Below, in pieces: positions 1-7,552 of a stretch of 32,000 nt of DNA. The position numbers and the translations under genes were made by a program. The stretch is from an uncultured Chloroflexia bacterium (GTDB lineage Bacteria; Chloroflexota; Anaerolineae; Anaerolineales; Anaerolineaceae), in assembly GCA_963704755.1 (NCBI GenBank), contig OY969938.1, forward strand, positions 1,530,001-1,562,000, given 5' to 3'. Positions within the stretch are counted from its first letter, which is position 1; every line of letters begins with the position of its first letter. Below the pieces are notes generated by a model, which did not search any database, was not told the DNA's origin, and worked only from the letters and a program-made list of their open reading frames with translations.

Positions 1-100
1 CATATCTTTTGTTCTTTAGCCCGCTTGTACAAGAATTTGTGCTTTCCGGTTTGGGTTGTTTACCCGTTAAATGTTAAGATCACTTACCCAGGAGATGCGA

Positions 101-2197
101 ATGGAAGCGAGTTTGAACGCCTTTTTTAATCCACGCGGCGTGGCGGTGATTGGCGCCTCGTCCAGCCCGAGCAAACTGAGTTACGGCATCCTGCGTAACC
201 TGACCCTGTATGGCTACCAGGGCCAGGTTGCCCCGGTCAACCCCAAGGTGAGTGAAATCCTCGGGTTGAAATGCTATAGGGACGTGGCCTCCGTCCCGGA
301 TCCACTCGACCTGGCGGTCATCGTCCTGCCGGCACCGGCGATCCCGCCGGTGCTGGAAGCCTGCGGGCGGCGGGGGGTGCAGGCGGTGACGATCATCTCG
401 GGTGGGTTCAAGGAGATTGGGACCGAGGGCGCCGGTTTGGAGAAAACCATCCTGGAAATTGCCGCCCGTTACGCTATCCGCCTGGTTGGGCCGAATTGTG
501 TGGGTACATTGGACATGTATTCCGGCCTGAATACCACCTTTATCCAGGGCGAGCCGGAAAAAGGCGGGATCGGTTTCGTTTCCCAATCCGGGGCGGTCGG
601 CGGAGGTGTGGTGGACCTGCTGCGCAACAAAAAAATCGGCTTTGCCAATTTTTCCAGCCTGGGTAACGAGGCGGACGTGACCGAGACGGATATGATCGAG
701 TACCAGGCGGCCAACCAGCGTACAAAAGTCATTGCCGCTTACGTGGAACAAATCCGCGATGGGCAGCGCTTCATCGCCACCGCCCGCCGGGTGACCCGCC
801 ACAAGCCGATCGTGCTGCTCAAGGCCGGGCGGACACAAGCCGGAGCGCGAGCGGTTTCGTCGCATACCGGCTCGCTGGCCGGCTCGCACGCAGCCTACCA
901 GGCGGCCTTTGCCCAATCCGGGGTGATCGAGGTGAGCAACGTGACCAACCTGTTCGACGTAGCCCAGGCGCTGGATACCCAGCCCTTGCCGGGCGGTAAA
1001 CGGGTAGCCATCCTGACCAATGCCGGCGGCCCGGCCGCCCTGGCTTCCGACAGCCTGGCCGATCACGGGCTGCAAATGGCCGATCTTTCCGAAGCAACCC
1101 GCCAGTTGCTGCGGGATAACCTCAACCCGGCGGCTCAGGTAGGCAACCCGGTGGATATGTTGGGCGGCGCTGAACCGGGTGAGTTTTACCTGGCGTTGCA
1201 GGCCGTGCTGAGCGATCCCAATGTGGATGCGGCCGTCCCGATCCTGGTACCGCAGGCGCTGGTGGACCCAGCCGCGGTGGCCAGAAGCATCTGTGAGGCC
1301 TCTCAGGGCAGCGCCAAGCCGGTGCTGGCCTGTTTTATGGGGGATTGGTCGGTAGGCCCGGCGCGCGAGCTGCTGCACGCGCACGGCGTGCCGATGTACG
1401 TGTCACCCGAAACGCCCGGGCTGGTGTTAGGCGCCATGCTGGATTATGCCGCCTGGCTAGCCCGGCCGGCCGAGGAAAGCCAGGTCCTCGAGGGTGTCGA
1501 CCACGACCAGGCCGCGGCCTTAATCCGGGCGGAAAGCGGGCACGGCTCGCTGGGCGAGGCGCTGACTCGCCCGCTGCTGGCGGCCTACGGCATGCCGGTC
1601 GTGGCCGGCGAAACGGCTCACGGTGCCGCGGAGGCTGCTGAAATTGCCGGACGGATCGGTTTCCCGGTAGTGATGAAGATCGTCTCGCCTGATATTCTGC
1701 ACAAGTCAGATGTAAGCGGTATCCGGCTCGACCTGGCAGACAAAGATGCTGTGGCCCTTGCTTACGATGATTTGATGCGGAGCGTGGCTTTGCGTGCGCC
1801 TCAGGCGCGGCTGGACGGGGCTTTGATCGAGGCCATGGCGCCCAAGGGACAGGAAGTGATCGTGGGCATGCGCCGGGATGCAAATTTCGGTCCGCTGATG
1901 ATGTTCGGGCTGGGTGGGGTGTACGTCGAGCTGTTTGGGGATGTCGCTTTCCGGGTGGCGCCATTAAGCCGCCAGGATGCGCTCGAGATGATCCGCCAGA
2001 CCCATGCCGGCCGGCTGCTGACCGGTTTTCGCGGCATGCCCAAGGCCGACCTGGACGGGGTAGTGGATACGCTGTTGCGCCTGGCTCAGTTGGCCCTGGA
2101 CTTCCCCGAGATCGAGGAAATCGAGATCAACCCGCTGCTGGTACAGCCCAAAGGCCAGGGCGTGCTGGCCCTGGACGGGCGGGTGATATTGGCTTAA
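101..2197 (+). CDS. ADP-forming (NDP-forming) acetyl/acyl-CoA synthetase, fused alpha-beta type
   Basis: ORF 71..2197. It has an N-terminal CoA-binding fold (FFNPRGVAVIGAS), a phosphohistidine loop (AVSSHTGSLAGS) and a C-terminal ATP-grasp-like half. GGAG at 91-94 lies 6 nt before ATG 101, so 101 is preferred over 71 or 95. Confidence 0.85.
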   Translation: MEASLNAFFNPRGVAVIGASSSPSKLSYGILRNLTLYGYQGQVAPVNPKVSEILGLKCYRDVASVPDPLDLAVIVLPAPAIPPVLEACGRRGVQAVTIISGGFKEIGTEGAGLEKTILEIAARYAIRLVGPNCVGTLDMYSGLNTTFIQGEPEKGGIGFVSQSGAVGGGVVDLLRNKKIGFANFSSLGNEADVTETDMIEYQAANQRTKVIAAYVEQIRDGQRFIATARRVTRHKPIVLLKAGRTQAGARAVSSHTGSLAGSHAAYQAAFAQSGVIEVSNVTNLFDVAQALDTQPLPGGKRVAILTNAGGPAALASDSLADHGLQMADLSEATRQLLRDNLNPAAQVGNPVDMLGGAEPGEFYLALQAVLSDPNVDAAVPILVPQALVDPAAVARSICEASQGSAKPVLACFMGDWSVGPARELLHAHGVPMYVSPETPGLVLGAMLDYAAWLARPAEESQVLEGVDHDQAAALIRAESGHGSLGEALTRPLLAAYGMPVVAGETAHGAAEAAEIAGRIGFPVVMKIVSPDILHKSDVSGIRLDLADKDAVALAYDDLMRSVALRAPQARLDGALIEAMAPKGQEVIVGMRRDANFGPLMMFGLGGVYVELFGDVAFRVAPLSRQDALEMIRQTHAGRLLTGFRGMPKADLDGVVDTLLRLAQLALDFPEIEEIEINPLLVQPKGQGVLALDGRVILA

Positions 2198-2305
2198 CCA
2201 AAGAAATTCACCGCAGAGGGCGCGGAGAGGATTAAAACCACGGAGGCACGGAGTTCACGGAGAAGAAAAGAGTTTAAGAAAAAGGGGTGAAGTTTTTAAG
2301 TGATC

Positions 2306-2362
2306 GGCCCGGTCTCCAGACCGAGGCCGCTCTTATCGGCCGGCCGGGAAGAGCGGCCTCGG
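2306..2362. repeat. Dispersed 38-bp repeat (copy 1) embedded in a 14-bp-stem hairpin
   Basis: 2306-2343 (ggcccggtctccagaccgaggccgctcttatcggccgg) matches 13919-13956 at 35/38 positions, counted by eye. A shorter relative is at 14091-14117. The arms 2321-2334 and 2349-2362 are complementary. Confidence 0.8.
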
Positions 2363-2556
2363 CTGAGGGTTGCGAGATAAGAAATGTAGGGTGGTGCGGT
2401 GCTCCTAAAGAGCATCGGGGGTTGATGACATCGTTTGGTAAACCAATCCCTTGCCCGTAACCCACCGGGCGTATTGCCGGCTTGCTTGCCACATAAAAAA
2501 AGCTCTTTGACCGTTTCTGGGCGAGGGGTGCCTGGCTAACAAAGCGTGATTTTTAA

Positions 2557-2780
2557 CCGGCGCTTGCCCCCATCCTCCGGCTCCTTCCCCCAGAGCAGGG
2601 GAAGGAGTGACTGGCTGCCAAAACGCAACTTTCGACCGGCGCTTGCCCTCATCCTCCGGCTCCTTCCCCAGAGCAGGGGAAGGAGTGACTGGCTGCCAAA
2701 ACGCAACTTTCGACCGGCGCTTGCCCTCATCCTCCGGCTCCTTCCCCCAGAGCAGGGGAAGGAGTGACTGGCTACCCAAA
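2557..2780. repeat. Tandem repeat, 79/78-bp unit, about 2.8 copies plus a degenerate partial unit at 2524-2556
   Basis: Units are 2557-2635, 2636-2713 and 2714 to about 2780, nearly identical. Each unit contains a 10-bp-stem REP-like hairpin, ctccttcccc-N7-ggggaaggag (for example 2581-2607). Confidence 0.9.
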
Positions 2781-2785
2781 TGTGA

Positions 2786-3000
2786 TCGTCAGCCATTTCA
2801 CTTTAGCCCCCATTCTTTCTTCCCTTGTTGCCTTCTCGCCTCGTTGCCTTGTTGCCTTGTTGACTTATCGCCCCGTTGCCTCATCCATTATTCCCTGTTC
2901 TCTACTCTCCCCATCCCCTCGTTGCCTTGTTGACTTATCGCCTTCTCGCCTCATCAACCATTCTCTAATCTCTAATCTCTTTTCTTCCTCTTTTTTGTAA
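2786..3000. repeat. Pyrimidine-rich low-complexity satellite (family S1; about 8-nt CCTYGTTG units and 7-nt TCTAYTC-like units)
   Basis: The + strand is overwhelmingly C/T. The block cctcgttgccttgttgacttatcgcc is duplicated internally, near 2841-2871 and at 2918-2943. The same motifs recur at 5763-5838 (inverted) and 6205-6301. Confidence 0.8.
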
Positions 3001-3045
3001 CTTTTTCTTCCCATTTACGTCAAAAGGATAGAAACAAAAAAACGG

Positions 3046-3157
3046 GTAACCACTCAGATTATTGGGAAAAAGGCCGAATTTGATGTGTTTGCTGGGACGA
3101 AGCTCCCAGCAAACACATCAAATTCGGAAATCTAAGCACAAGAGCCTGAGCAGTTAC
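3046..3157. mobile_element. MITE-like element, copy A (outer arms plus core-1 palindrome)
   Basis: Ends are GTAACCACTCAG and CTGAGCAGTTAC. The core is a perfect 24-bp stem, 3074-3097 against 3104-3127 (ccgaatttgatgtgtttgctggga). No clean target duplication is visible. Confidence 0.7.
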
Positions 3158-3197
3158 TAAAAGCAAAGCTCTTCTTTCAAAATTGGAGGATTATAAA

Positions 3198-3398
3198 ATG
3201 TCATTCCGTAACGAATCAAGCATCGATCGTATCATCCGGGTTGTCGTGGGTGCGGCTTTATTGGCCTTAGGTTGGGGTGGGTTGGTCTCAGGTATCCCTG
3301 GGACAATTTTGAGCATCGTTGGCGTGCTCGCGCTGGTCACCGGCGTGGTTGGCTTTTGCCCGGCTTACGCCCTGCTGAAAGTACGCACCAACAAATAG
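3198..3398 (+). CDS. DUF2892 (YgaP-like) small two-helix membrane protein
   Basis: Sequence IDRIIRVVVGAALLALGW...VTGVVGFCPAYALL matches the DUF2892 pattern, including GFCPxY. GGAGGA at 3185-3190 lies 7 nt before ATG 3198. The TTG at 3183 in the ORF track is unlikely to be the start. Confidence 0.7.
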   Translation: MSFRNESSIDRIIRVVVGAALLALGWGGLVSGIPGTILSIVGVLALVTGVVGFCPAYALLKVRTNK

Positions 3399-3442
3399 CA
3401 CTTCCAGGGGAGGCCATCATCAACCACGTACAATATCGCCAA

Positions 3443-3940
3443 ATGTTAACCCGCAAAAAGCTACCGGTCCTGGTGGAATTCTGGGCACCCTGGTGTATGC
3501 CCTGTAAAAGCATGGCCCCTTTGATCCAGGCAGCCGGGGAAAAGCACAAGGACCGCGTCGAAGTCTGGAAGATCAACGCCGACCAGAACCCCGAGCTGCT
3601 GCGCGCGTTGGGTATCCGCGGCATACCAACCATGCTGGGCTACCGCCAGGGCGAGGAAGTTCTGCGTAAAACCGGGGCTGTGACGGCCGGTACCCTGGAC
3701 AAGCTCTTCTCGGCGCTGGCCGAGGGCAAAGAAGTGCCCAGCGGGCCGGAGCCCATCGCCCGCGCCCTGCGGATCGTTGTTGCGTTGTCGCTGGGTGTAC
3801 TTGGCTTCACCCAGGGTCCCAGTTATTGGCTGCTGGCACTGGGTGCCCTGGTCCTGATCTGGGCGTTTTACGACCGCCTGGCAGCAATCAAAGCGCTCAA
3901 ACCGCTGCTGGCCAGGTCGCGTTCACAGAATAAAGATTGA
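3443..3940 (+). CDS. Thioredoxin-domain protein (WCMPC) with a C-terminal two-helix membrane anchor
   Basis: Trx core is PVLVEFWAPWCMPCKSMAP...GIRGIPT. The C-terminal segment RIVVALSLGVLGF...WLLALGALVLIWAF is hydrophobic and resembles DUF2892. The first ATG (3443) has no Shine-Dalgarno (SD) sequence. A GGGGAGG at 3407-3413 precedes in-frame ATC codons at 3416 and 3419, so the true start is uncertain. Confidence 0.7.
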   Translation: MLTRKKLPVLVEFWAPWCMPCKSMAPLIQAAGEKHKDRVEVWKINADQNPELLRALGIRGIPTMLGYRQGEEVLRKTGAVTAGTLDKLFSALAEGKEVPSGPEPIARALRIVVALSLGVLGFTQGPSYWLLALGALVLIWAFYDRLAAIKALKPLLARSRSQNKD

Positions 3941-3953
3941 ATCCATAAAAAAA

Positions 3954-4064
3954 GTAACTACTCAGGCTAGGTCGGAAGTTAGGGGCGTTTTTATGTTTTT
4001 TCGCGTGCTTTGCACGCGATAAAACATAAAACACCCCTCTCTTTTGCGGTAGCTGAGCAGTTAC
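3954..4064. mobile_element. MITE-like element, copy B (outer arms plus core-2 palindrome)
   Basis: Ends are GTAACTACTCAGG and CTGAGCAGTTAC. A run of 7 A flanks each side (3947-3953 and 4065-4071). The core-2 hairpin, 3981-4008 against 4012-4038, is imperfect and is followed by ctcttttg. It starts 14 nt after the trx stop, so it may act as a terminator. Confidence 0.8.
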
Positions 4065-4070
4065 AAAAAA

Positions 4071-4119
4071 ATACAGGCCGTAATTGGGAGAAATTTACTG
4101 TCCCAATTACGGCCTGTAT
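4071..4119. repeat. Perfect 19-bp-stem palindrome (single copy in this window)
   Basis: atacaggccgtaattggga (4071-4089) pairs with tcccaattacggcctgtat (4101-4119) across an 11-nt loop. It begins at the last A of the 7-A run flanking MITE B. Confidence 0.85.
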
Positions 4120-4382
4120 CGATTTGGGGGGGCTTTGTTTGATTCGATTTAACTTATCTAAACAATTTCCCACGCTTGCAACGAAATTGCCCGCTTTCAG
4201 GCTATAATCTATAAAACACTGAAAAATTCTCAACAAAATACTTTACAGAAAAACAAAACAGCCTATTCTACCGGTGGCTTCGCGAAAGAATTTGTCTCTG
4301 CGGTCTGGCTTGAAAAATGCGGGGAATAAATTAGTCTCGTATTCAGGAGAGCCATAAACATGCCGATCAAAAATCCAGGCCT

Positions 4383-5762
4383 ATGCTAACCATTGATAGT
4401 TTCCAAACCACGACCCTGCGTTCCCTCCCCGAAGGGGAAAATATCCGCAAGATCTTATTGGCTGCCCTGCAAGCCGTTGAGCCAGGCGCAGCGGTCGCAC
4501 GCAACCTGGTCCGCGAAGGTAACTTGCTCCACTCGGGCGATTTCAATTACGACCTGAGCCTGTTCAAGCGCATTTTTATCATCGGCGCGGGTAAAGCCGG
4601 GGCACCGATGTTGCGGGCAGGTGTCCGTATTTTAGGCGACTGCTTCGACGACAGCCTGGTGATTGTCAAGGATGGTTCCCTGGGTTGGCCGCGCGGTGAA
4701 ACCATACCCCTCAAGGTCCGCCTGGTGGAAGCCGGGCACCCGCTGCCCGATCCGCGCGGTTTACAGGCCACCCGCCAAATGCTCGACCTGCTCGCGCAGA
4801 CTACCAGCGAAGACCTGGTTATTTGCCTGATCTCCGGCGGCGGATCGGCGCTGTTGACCGCCCCGGCCGAAGGAGTTAGCCTGGGGGATATGCAGGACCT
4901 GACCACCCGCTTGCTGCGCTGCGGGGCATCGATCAACGAGATCAATACCCTACGCAAGCATCTCGACACGGTCAAAGGCGGCGGGCTGGCCCGTGCGGCC
5001 GCCCCGGCCCAACTGCTGACCCTGGTGCTTTCCGACGTGGTCGGCAGCCCATTGGACGTGATCGCCTCCGGCCCGACCGTGGCCGACCGCTCGACCTATG
5101 CCGACTGCCAGGCGATCCTCAAACGCTATGGCCTGGAAGAAGACCTGCCGGACGGCATCCTGAAACACTTGCGCGATGGCGCCGCCGGCCGAATTGCGGA
5201 CACACCTAAGCCCGGTGACCCCATTTTCGAACGTACCCACACCCTGGTGATCGCCTCGAATCAGCAGGCCGCCCAGGCGGCGGTCCACGAAGCCGAGAGC
5301 CTGGGGTTCAACAGCCTGCTGCTGACCACTTTCCTGCAAGGTGAAGCGCGCCAGGCCGGGCGGACGCTGGCCGCCATTGCCCGCCAGATGAACACCAGCG
5401 GGCAGCCCGTATCGCGCCCGGCCTGCCTGGTGACCGGCGGCGAGACCACCGTCAGCCTGCGCGGGGATGGCCTGGGCGGGCGCAACACTGAGTTAGCCCT
5501 GGCCGCGGTGCCCGGATTGGCCGGCCTGGAGAAGTGCCTGCTGGTCAGCCTGGCCACCGACGGCGGCGATGGGCCAACCGACTCGGCCGGGGCGGTCGTC
5601 AGCGGAGAGACCCTCGAGCGCGCAGCGCGCCTCAAGCTGTCCCCGGAAGACTTCCTGGCCCGCAACGATTCGTACCATTATTTCGAAAAACTCGGCGACT
5701 TAATAAAAACCGGTCCCACCCAGACGAACGTCAATGATTTGGTGTTTGTGTTTGCGTTGTGA
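4383..5762 (+). CDS. Glycerate 2-kinase / MOFRL-family protein (TtuD-like)
   Basis: 459 aa. It has IIGAGKAGAPM near the N-terminus, the GGGSALL motif and a C-terminal MOFRL-like GGETTV...GGRNTE...TDGxDGPTD region. Confidence 0.85.
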   Translation: MLTIDSFQTTTLRSLPEGENIRKILLAALQAVEPGAAVARNLVREGNLLHSGDFNYDLSLFKRIFIIGAGKAGAPMLRAGVRILGDCFDDSLVIVKDGSLGWPRGETIPLKVRLVEAGHPLPDPRGLQATRQMLDLLAQTTSEDLVICLISGGGSALLTAPAEGVSLGDMQDLTTRLLRCGASINEINTLRKHLDTVKGGGLARAAAPAQLLTLVLSDVVGSPLDVIASGPTVADRSTYADCQAILKRYGLEEDLPDGILKHLRDGAAGRIADTPKPGDPIFERTHTLVIASNQQAAQAAVHEAESLGFNSLLLTTFLQGEARQAGRTLAAIARQMNTSGQPVSRPACLVTGGETTVSLRGDGLGGRNTELALAAVPGLAGLEKCLLVSLATDGGDGPTDSAGAVVSGETLERAARLKLSPEDFLARNDSYHYFEKLGDLIKTGPTQTNVNDLVFVFAL

Positions 5763-5838
5763 AGGAAAGAGAATAGAGAAGAGAGAGTAGAGAGTAGAGA
5801 GCAGTCAACAAGGTGATCAGTCAACAAGTTGACGAGGG
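5763..5838. repeat. S1 satellite block, inverted orientation
   Basis: The reverse complement reads ccctcgtcaacttgttgactgatcaccttgttgactgctctctactctctactctc..., the same motif family as 6205-6301 and 2786-3000. It starts right after the glycerate kinase stop. Confidence 0.75.
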
Positions 5839-5875
5839 AAGAGGTTGTTATAAGCAGCCTCCCGGTAGCAAAGCT

Positions 5876-5903
5876 CCCCTTCTCCCGCAACTGGGAGAAG
5901 GGG
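5876..5903. repeat. REP-like hairpin (ccccttctccc-N6-gggagaagggg)
   Basis: 11-bp stem followed by ccgggggttgaggg. The same architecture occurs at 2581-2607 (in each of the three tandem units), 28773-28795 and 28899-28919. Confidence 0.8.
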
Positions 5904-5960
5904 CCGGGGGTTGAGGGCATGGCGCTGGCTGTCTTGTCGTCCAGGGAACGAGTCGCCTTT

Positions 5961-6241
5961 TTCCCTATCTTCTCCCCTGCCAATTCAGGCATTAGCCCCC
6001 GGCTTCGAAAGCCGGGCTACGTGTTCCGCCCTCATTGACTTATTGCCTTGTTCCCTATCTTCTCTTCTGCATATTCAGGCATTAGACCCGGCTTCGAAAG
6101 CCGGACTACGCTTTCCGCCCTCATCGATTTATTGCCTTATTCCCTATCTTCTCTTCTGCATATTCAGGCATTAGACCCGGCTTCGAAAGCCGGGCTACAC
6201 GTACCACCCTCATCGCCTCGTTGCCTCGTCGACTTATTGCC
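5961..6241. repeat. Tandem repeat, 90/89-bp unit, about 3 copies
   Basis: Units are 5961-6050, 6051-6139 and 6140 to about 6241; the third carries an extra cctcgttgcctcgt segment. Each unit contains the hairpin cccggcttcgaaagccggg. Confidence 0.9.
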
Positions 6242-6246
6242 TAATC

Positions 6247-6301
6247 TCTATTCTCTATTCTCTACTCTCTACTCTCTACTCTCTATTCTCTACTCTCTTT
6301 C
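6247..6301. repeat. 7-nt microsatellite TCTAYTC, about 7.5 units
   Basis: The units tctattc and tctactc repeat head to tail. The array overlaps the last codons and the TAG stop (6283-6285) of the histidine kinase on the opposite strand. Confidence 0.9.
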
Positions 6302-7545
6302 TTCTCCCCAAGCACAAACGTAAAACACGTCCCCTTGGCCAGCTCGCTTTCGGCCCAGATGCGCCCACCGTGGGCGTTGATGATCCCGCGGGCGATGGCC
6401 AGGCCCAGGCCGGCCCCGCCGGTCGAGCGATTGCGCGATTTATCCCCCCGGTAGAAACGCTCGAACACCCGCGGCAAATCTTCCGGGCTGATACCTTCCC
6501 CGCTGTCGCATACCCGCACCGCCACCATGTCGCCCTCCCGCTGGGCGCAGATCGTCACCGACCCGCCCGTCGGGGTATGCCGTAAGGCATTGCTGACCAG
6601 GTTCGACAGCACCTGGCCGATGCGCTGGCCATCGATCCAGACCGGGTCCACGTCCGGGTCGGCCGAACCGCTCAACGCTACCTGCTGGCGCCGGGCCAGC
6701 TCCGAAAAGCTCTCGATCGTGTCCGAGATCAGGTCACCCAGTGAATTGTCCTGGCAGTCCAGCTTCAGCCCGCCCGCGTCCATTTGCGAGATCTCGAACA
6801 GGTCATCGATCAGGTGCGAAAGCGAGCGTACGTCCCGCTGGGCGGTTTGCAGATAGCGCTGGACCGTCTCGGGTTCGTCCACTACCCCATCTCCCAGCGC
6901 TTCCAGGATGGCGCGGATCGAAGTGAGCGGTGTGCGCAGGTCGTGGCTGACCCAGGCGATCAGGTCGCGTTGCAGGCTGTCCAGCTCGCGCTTTTTCTGT
7001 TCAACCGCCTCCAATTGGGCGGTCATGGCGTTGAAGTCCAGCCCCAGGCGGGCCATTTCATCCTGCCCGCGCACCGGCACCCGCACCGAAAGGTCTCCGC
7101 GGGCAATTTCGCGGGCCGCCTGGCCCAGCACCAGGATCCGGTCGGTGATCGCCTCGGTGACAAAATAGCCCACCGACAGGGCAATGCCGGTCGCAAATAC
7201 CAGCAGCACCGTGGCTAACAGTAAATCGTGCCGGCTGGCGAACATCATCCGCGCCGTGACCCACACGTTGAGGAAAACCACCAGCCCGGCCAGTAAATAG
7301 CCCAGCATCAAGGTCCAGCGGATGCCCGGCGAACGGTAGATCCACCCCAGGCGATAAGCCAGATAAGCCGCCGCGACCGAGATGAACGCAGTCACCCCCA
7401 TCAAGGCCAGCATCAAAGCAAAATCCTGGATCGGTGGGTGCATCAACAGGACGAACAGGGCCAGCCCGACGGCCAGCGGGAACAAAAAACTGCTCAGAAA
7501 GCGCAACAGCAGGGCCGGGCGTTGATTAATTTGAATGGTTTGCAT
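6283..7545 (-). CDS. Sensor histidine kinase (4 TM segments, HAMP, HisKA, HATPase_c)
   Basis: H-box is VSHDLRTPLTSI, N-box LVSNALRHTP, G-boxes DSGEGI and GGAGLGLAI. There are four N-terminal hydrophobic segments with connecting loops of 11 aa or less. ATG 7545 lies 7 nt after the response regulator stop, and GAGGGGA overlaps that stop. Confidence 0.85.
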   Translation of the reverse strand: MQTIQINQRPALLLRFLSSFLFPLAVGLALFVLLMHPPIQDFALMLALMGVTAFISVAAAYLAYRLGWIYRSPGIRWTLMLGYLLAGLVVFLNVWVTARMMFASRHDLLLATVLLVFATGIALSVGYFVTEAITDRILVLGQAAREIARGDLSVRVPVRGQDEMARLGLDFNAMTAQLEAVEQKKRELDSLQRDLIAWVSHDLRTPLTSIRAILEALGDGVVDEPETVQRYLQTAQRDVRSLSHLIDDLFEISQMDAGGLKLDCQDNSLGDLISDTIESFSELARRQQVALSGSADPDVDPVWIDGQRIGQVLSNLVSNALRHTPTGGSVTICAQREGDMVAVRVCDSGEGISPEDLPRVFERFYRGDKSRNRSTGGAGLGLAIARGIINAHGGRIWAESELAKGTCFTFVLGEKKESRE

Positions 7546-7552
7546 GGTCCCC

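Noticed and set aside
80-1384. Long antisense or overlapping ORFs in the six-frame track. Examples: 80..1384(-), 12089..13240(+), 14958..15956(-), 16283..17425(-), 17683..18465(-), 11033..11704(-), 11145..11852(-), 25157..25789(+), 26499..27173(+).
   Set aside because: Each lies inside or opposite a gene with clear family motifs. Their translations are Arg/Pro/Gly/Ala-rich, low-complexity strings typical of wrong-frame reading of GC-rich DNA. None has an SD sequence or a recognisable motif.
2405-2933. ORFs running through the repeat islands. Examples: 2405..2779, 2536..2796, 2607..2933, 5911..6174, 6048..6323, and the Cys/Val-rich 26093..26545.
   Set aside because: The peptide periodicity simply mirrors the DNA tandem repeats. 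Several frames and both strands are open at once, and there are no start-site signals.
3272-3442. TTG 3272 as the start of the thioredoxin gene (222-aa version in the ORF track), and similarly 71 for the acyl-CoA synthetase and 8518 for the response regulator.
   Set aside because: The extensions overlap the preceding gene in another frame (DUF2892 and msrQ) or lack an SD sequence. The downstream starts coincide with the domain boundaries.
4176-4208. Promoter call from the perfect TATAAT at 4203-4208 upstream of glycerate kinase.
   Set aside because: The only TTGCAA-like -35 (4176-4181) is 21 nt away. There is no TG extension. One hexamer alone in an AT-rich region is too weak to call.
5990-6025. 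tRNA-like T-arm (ccggc-ttcgaaa-gccgg) inside each 90-bp unit. It might have indicated a tRNA gene or a tRNA-derived element.
   Set aside because: No acceptor, D or anticodon arms can be drawn around it. The closing pair is C-G rather than the G53-C61 orientation. I treat it as a coincidental hairpin.
2524-6301. CRISPR-array interpretation of the 79-bp and 90-bp tandem repeats (and of the 8-nt array at 26144-26394).
   Set aside because: The units are directly contiguous with no unique spacers. Unit lengths and internal hairpins do not fit a repeat-spacer architecture. No cas genes or leader are present.
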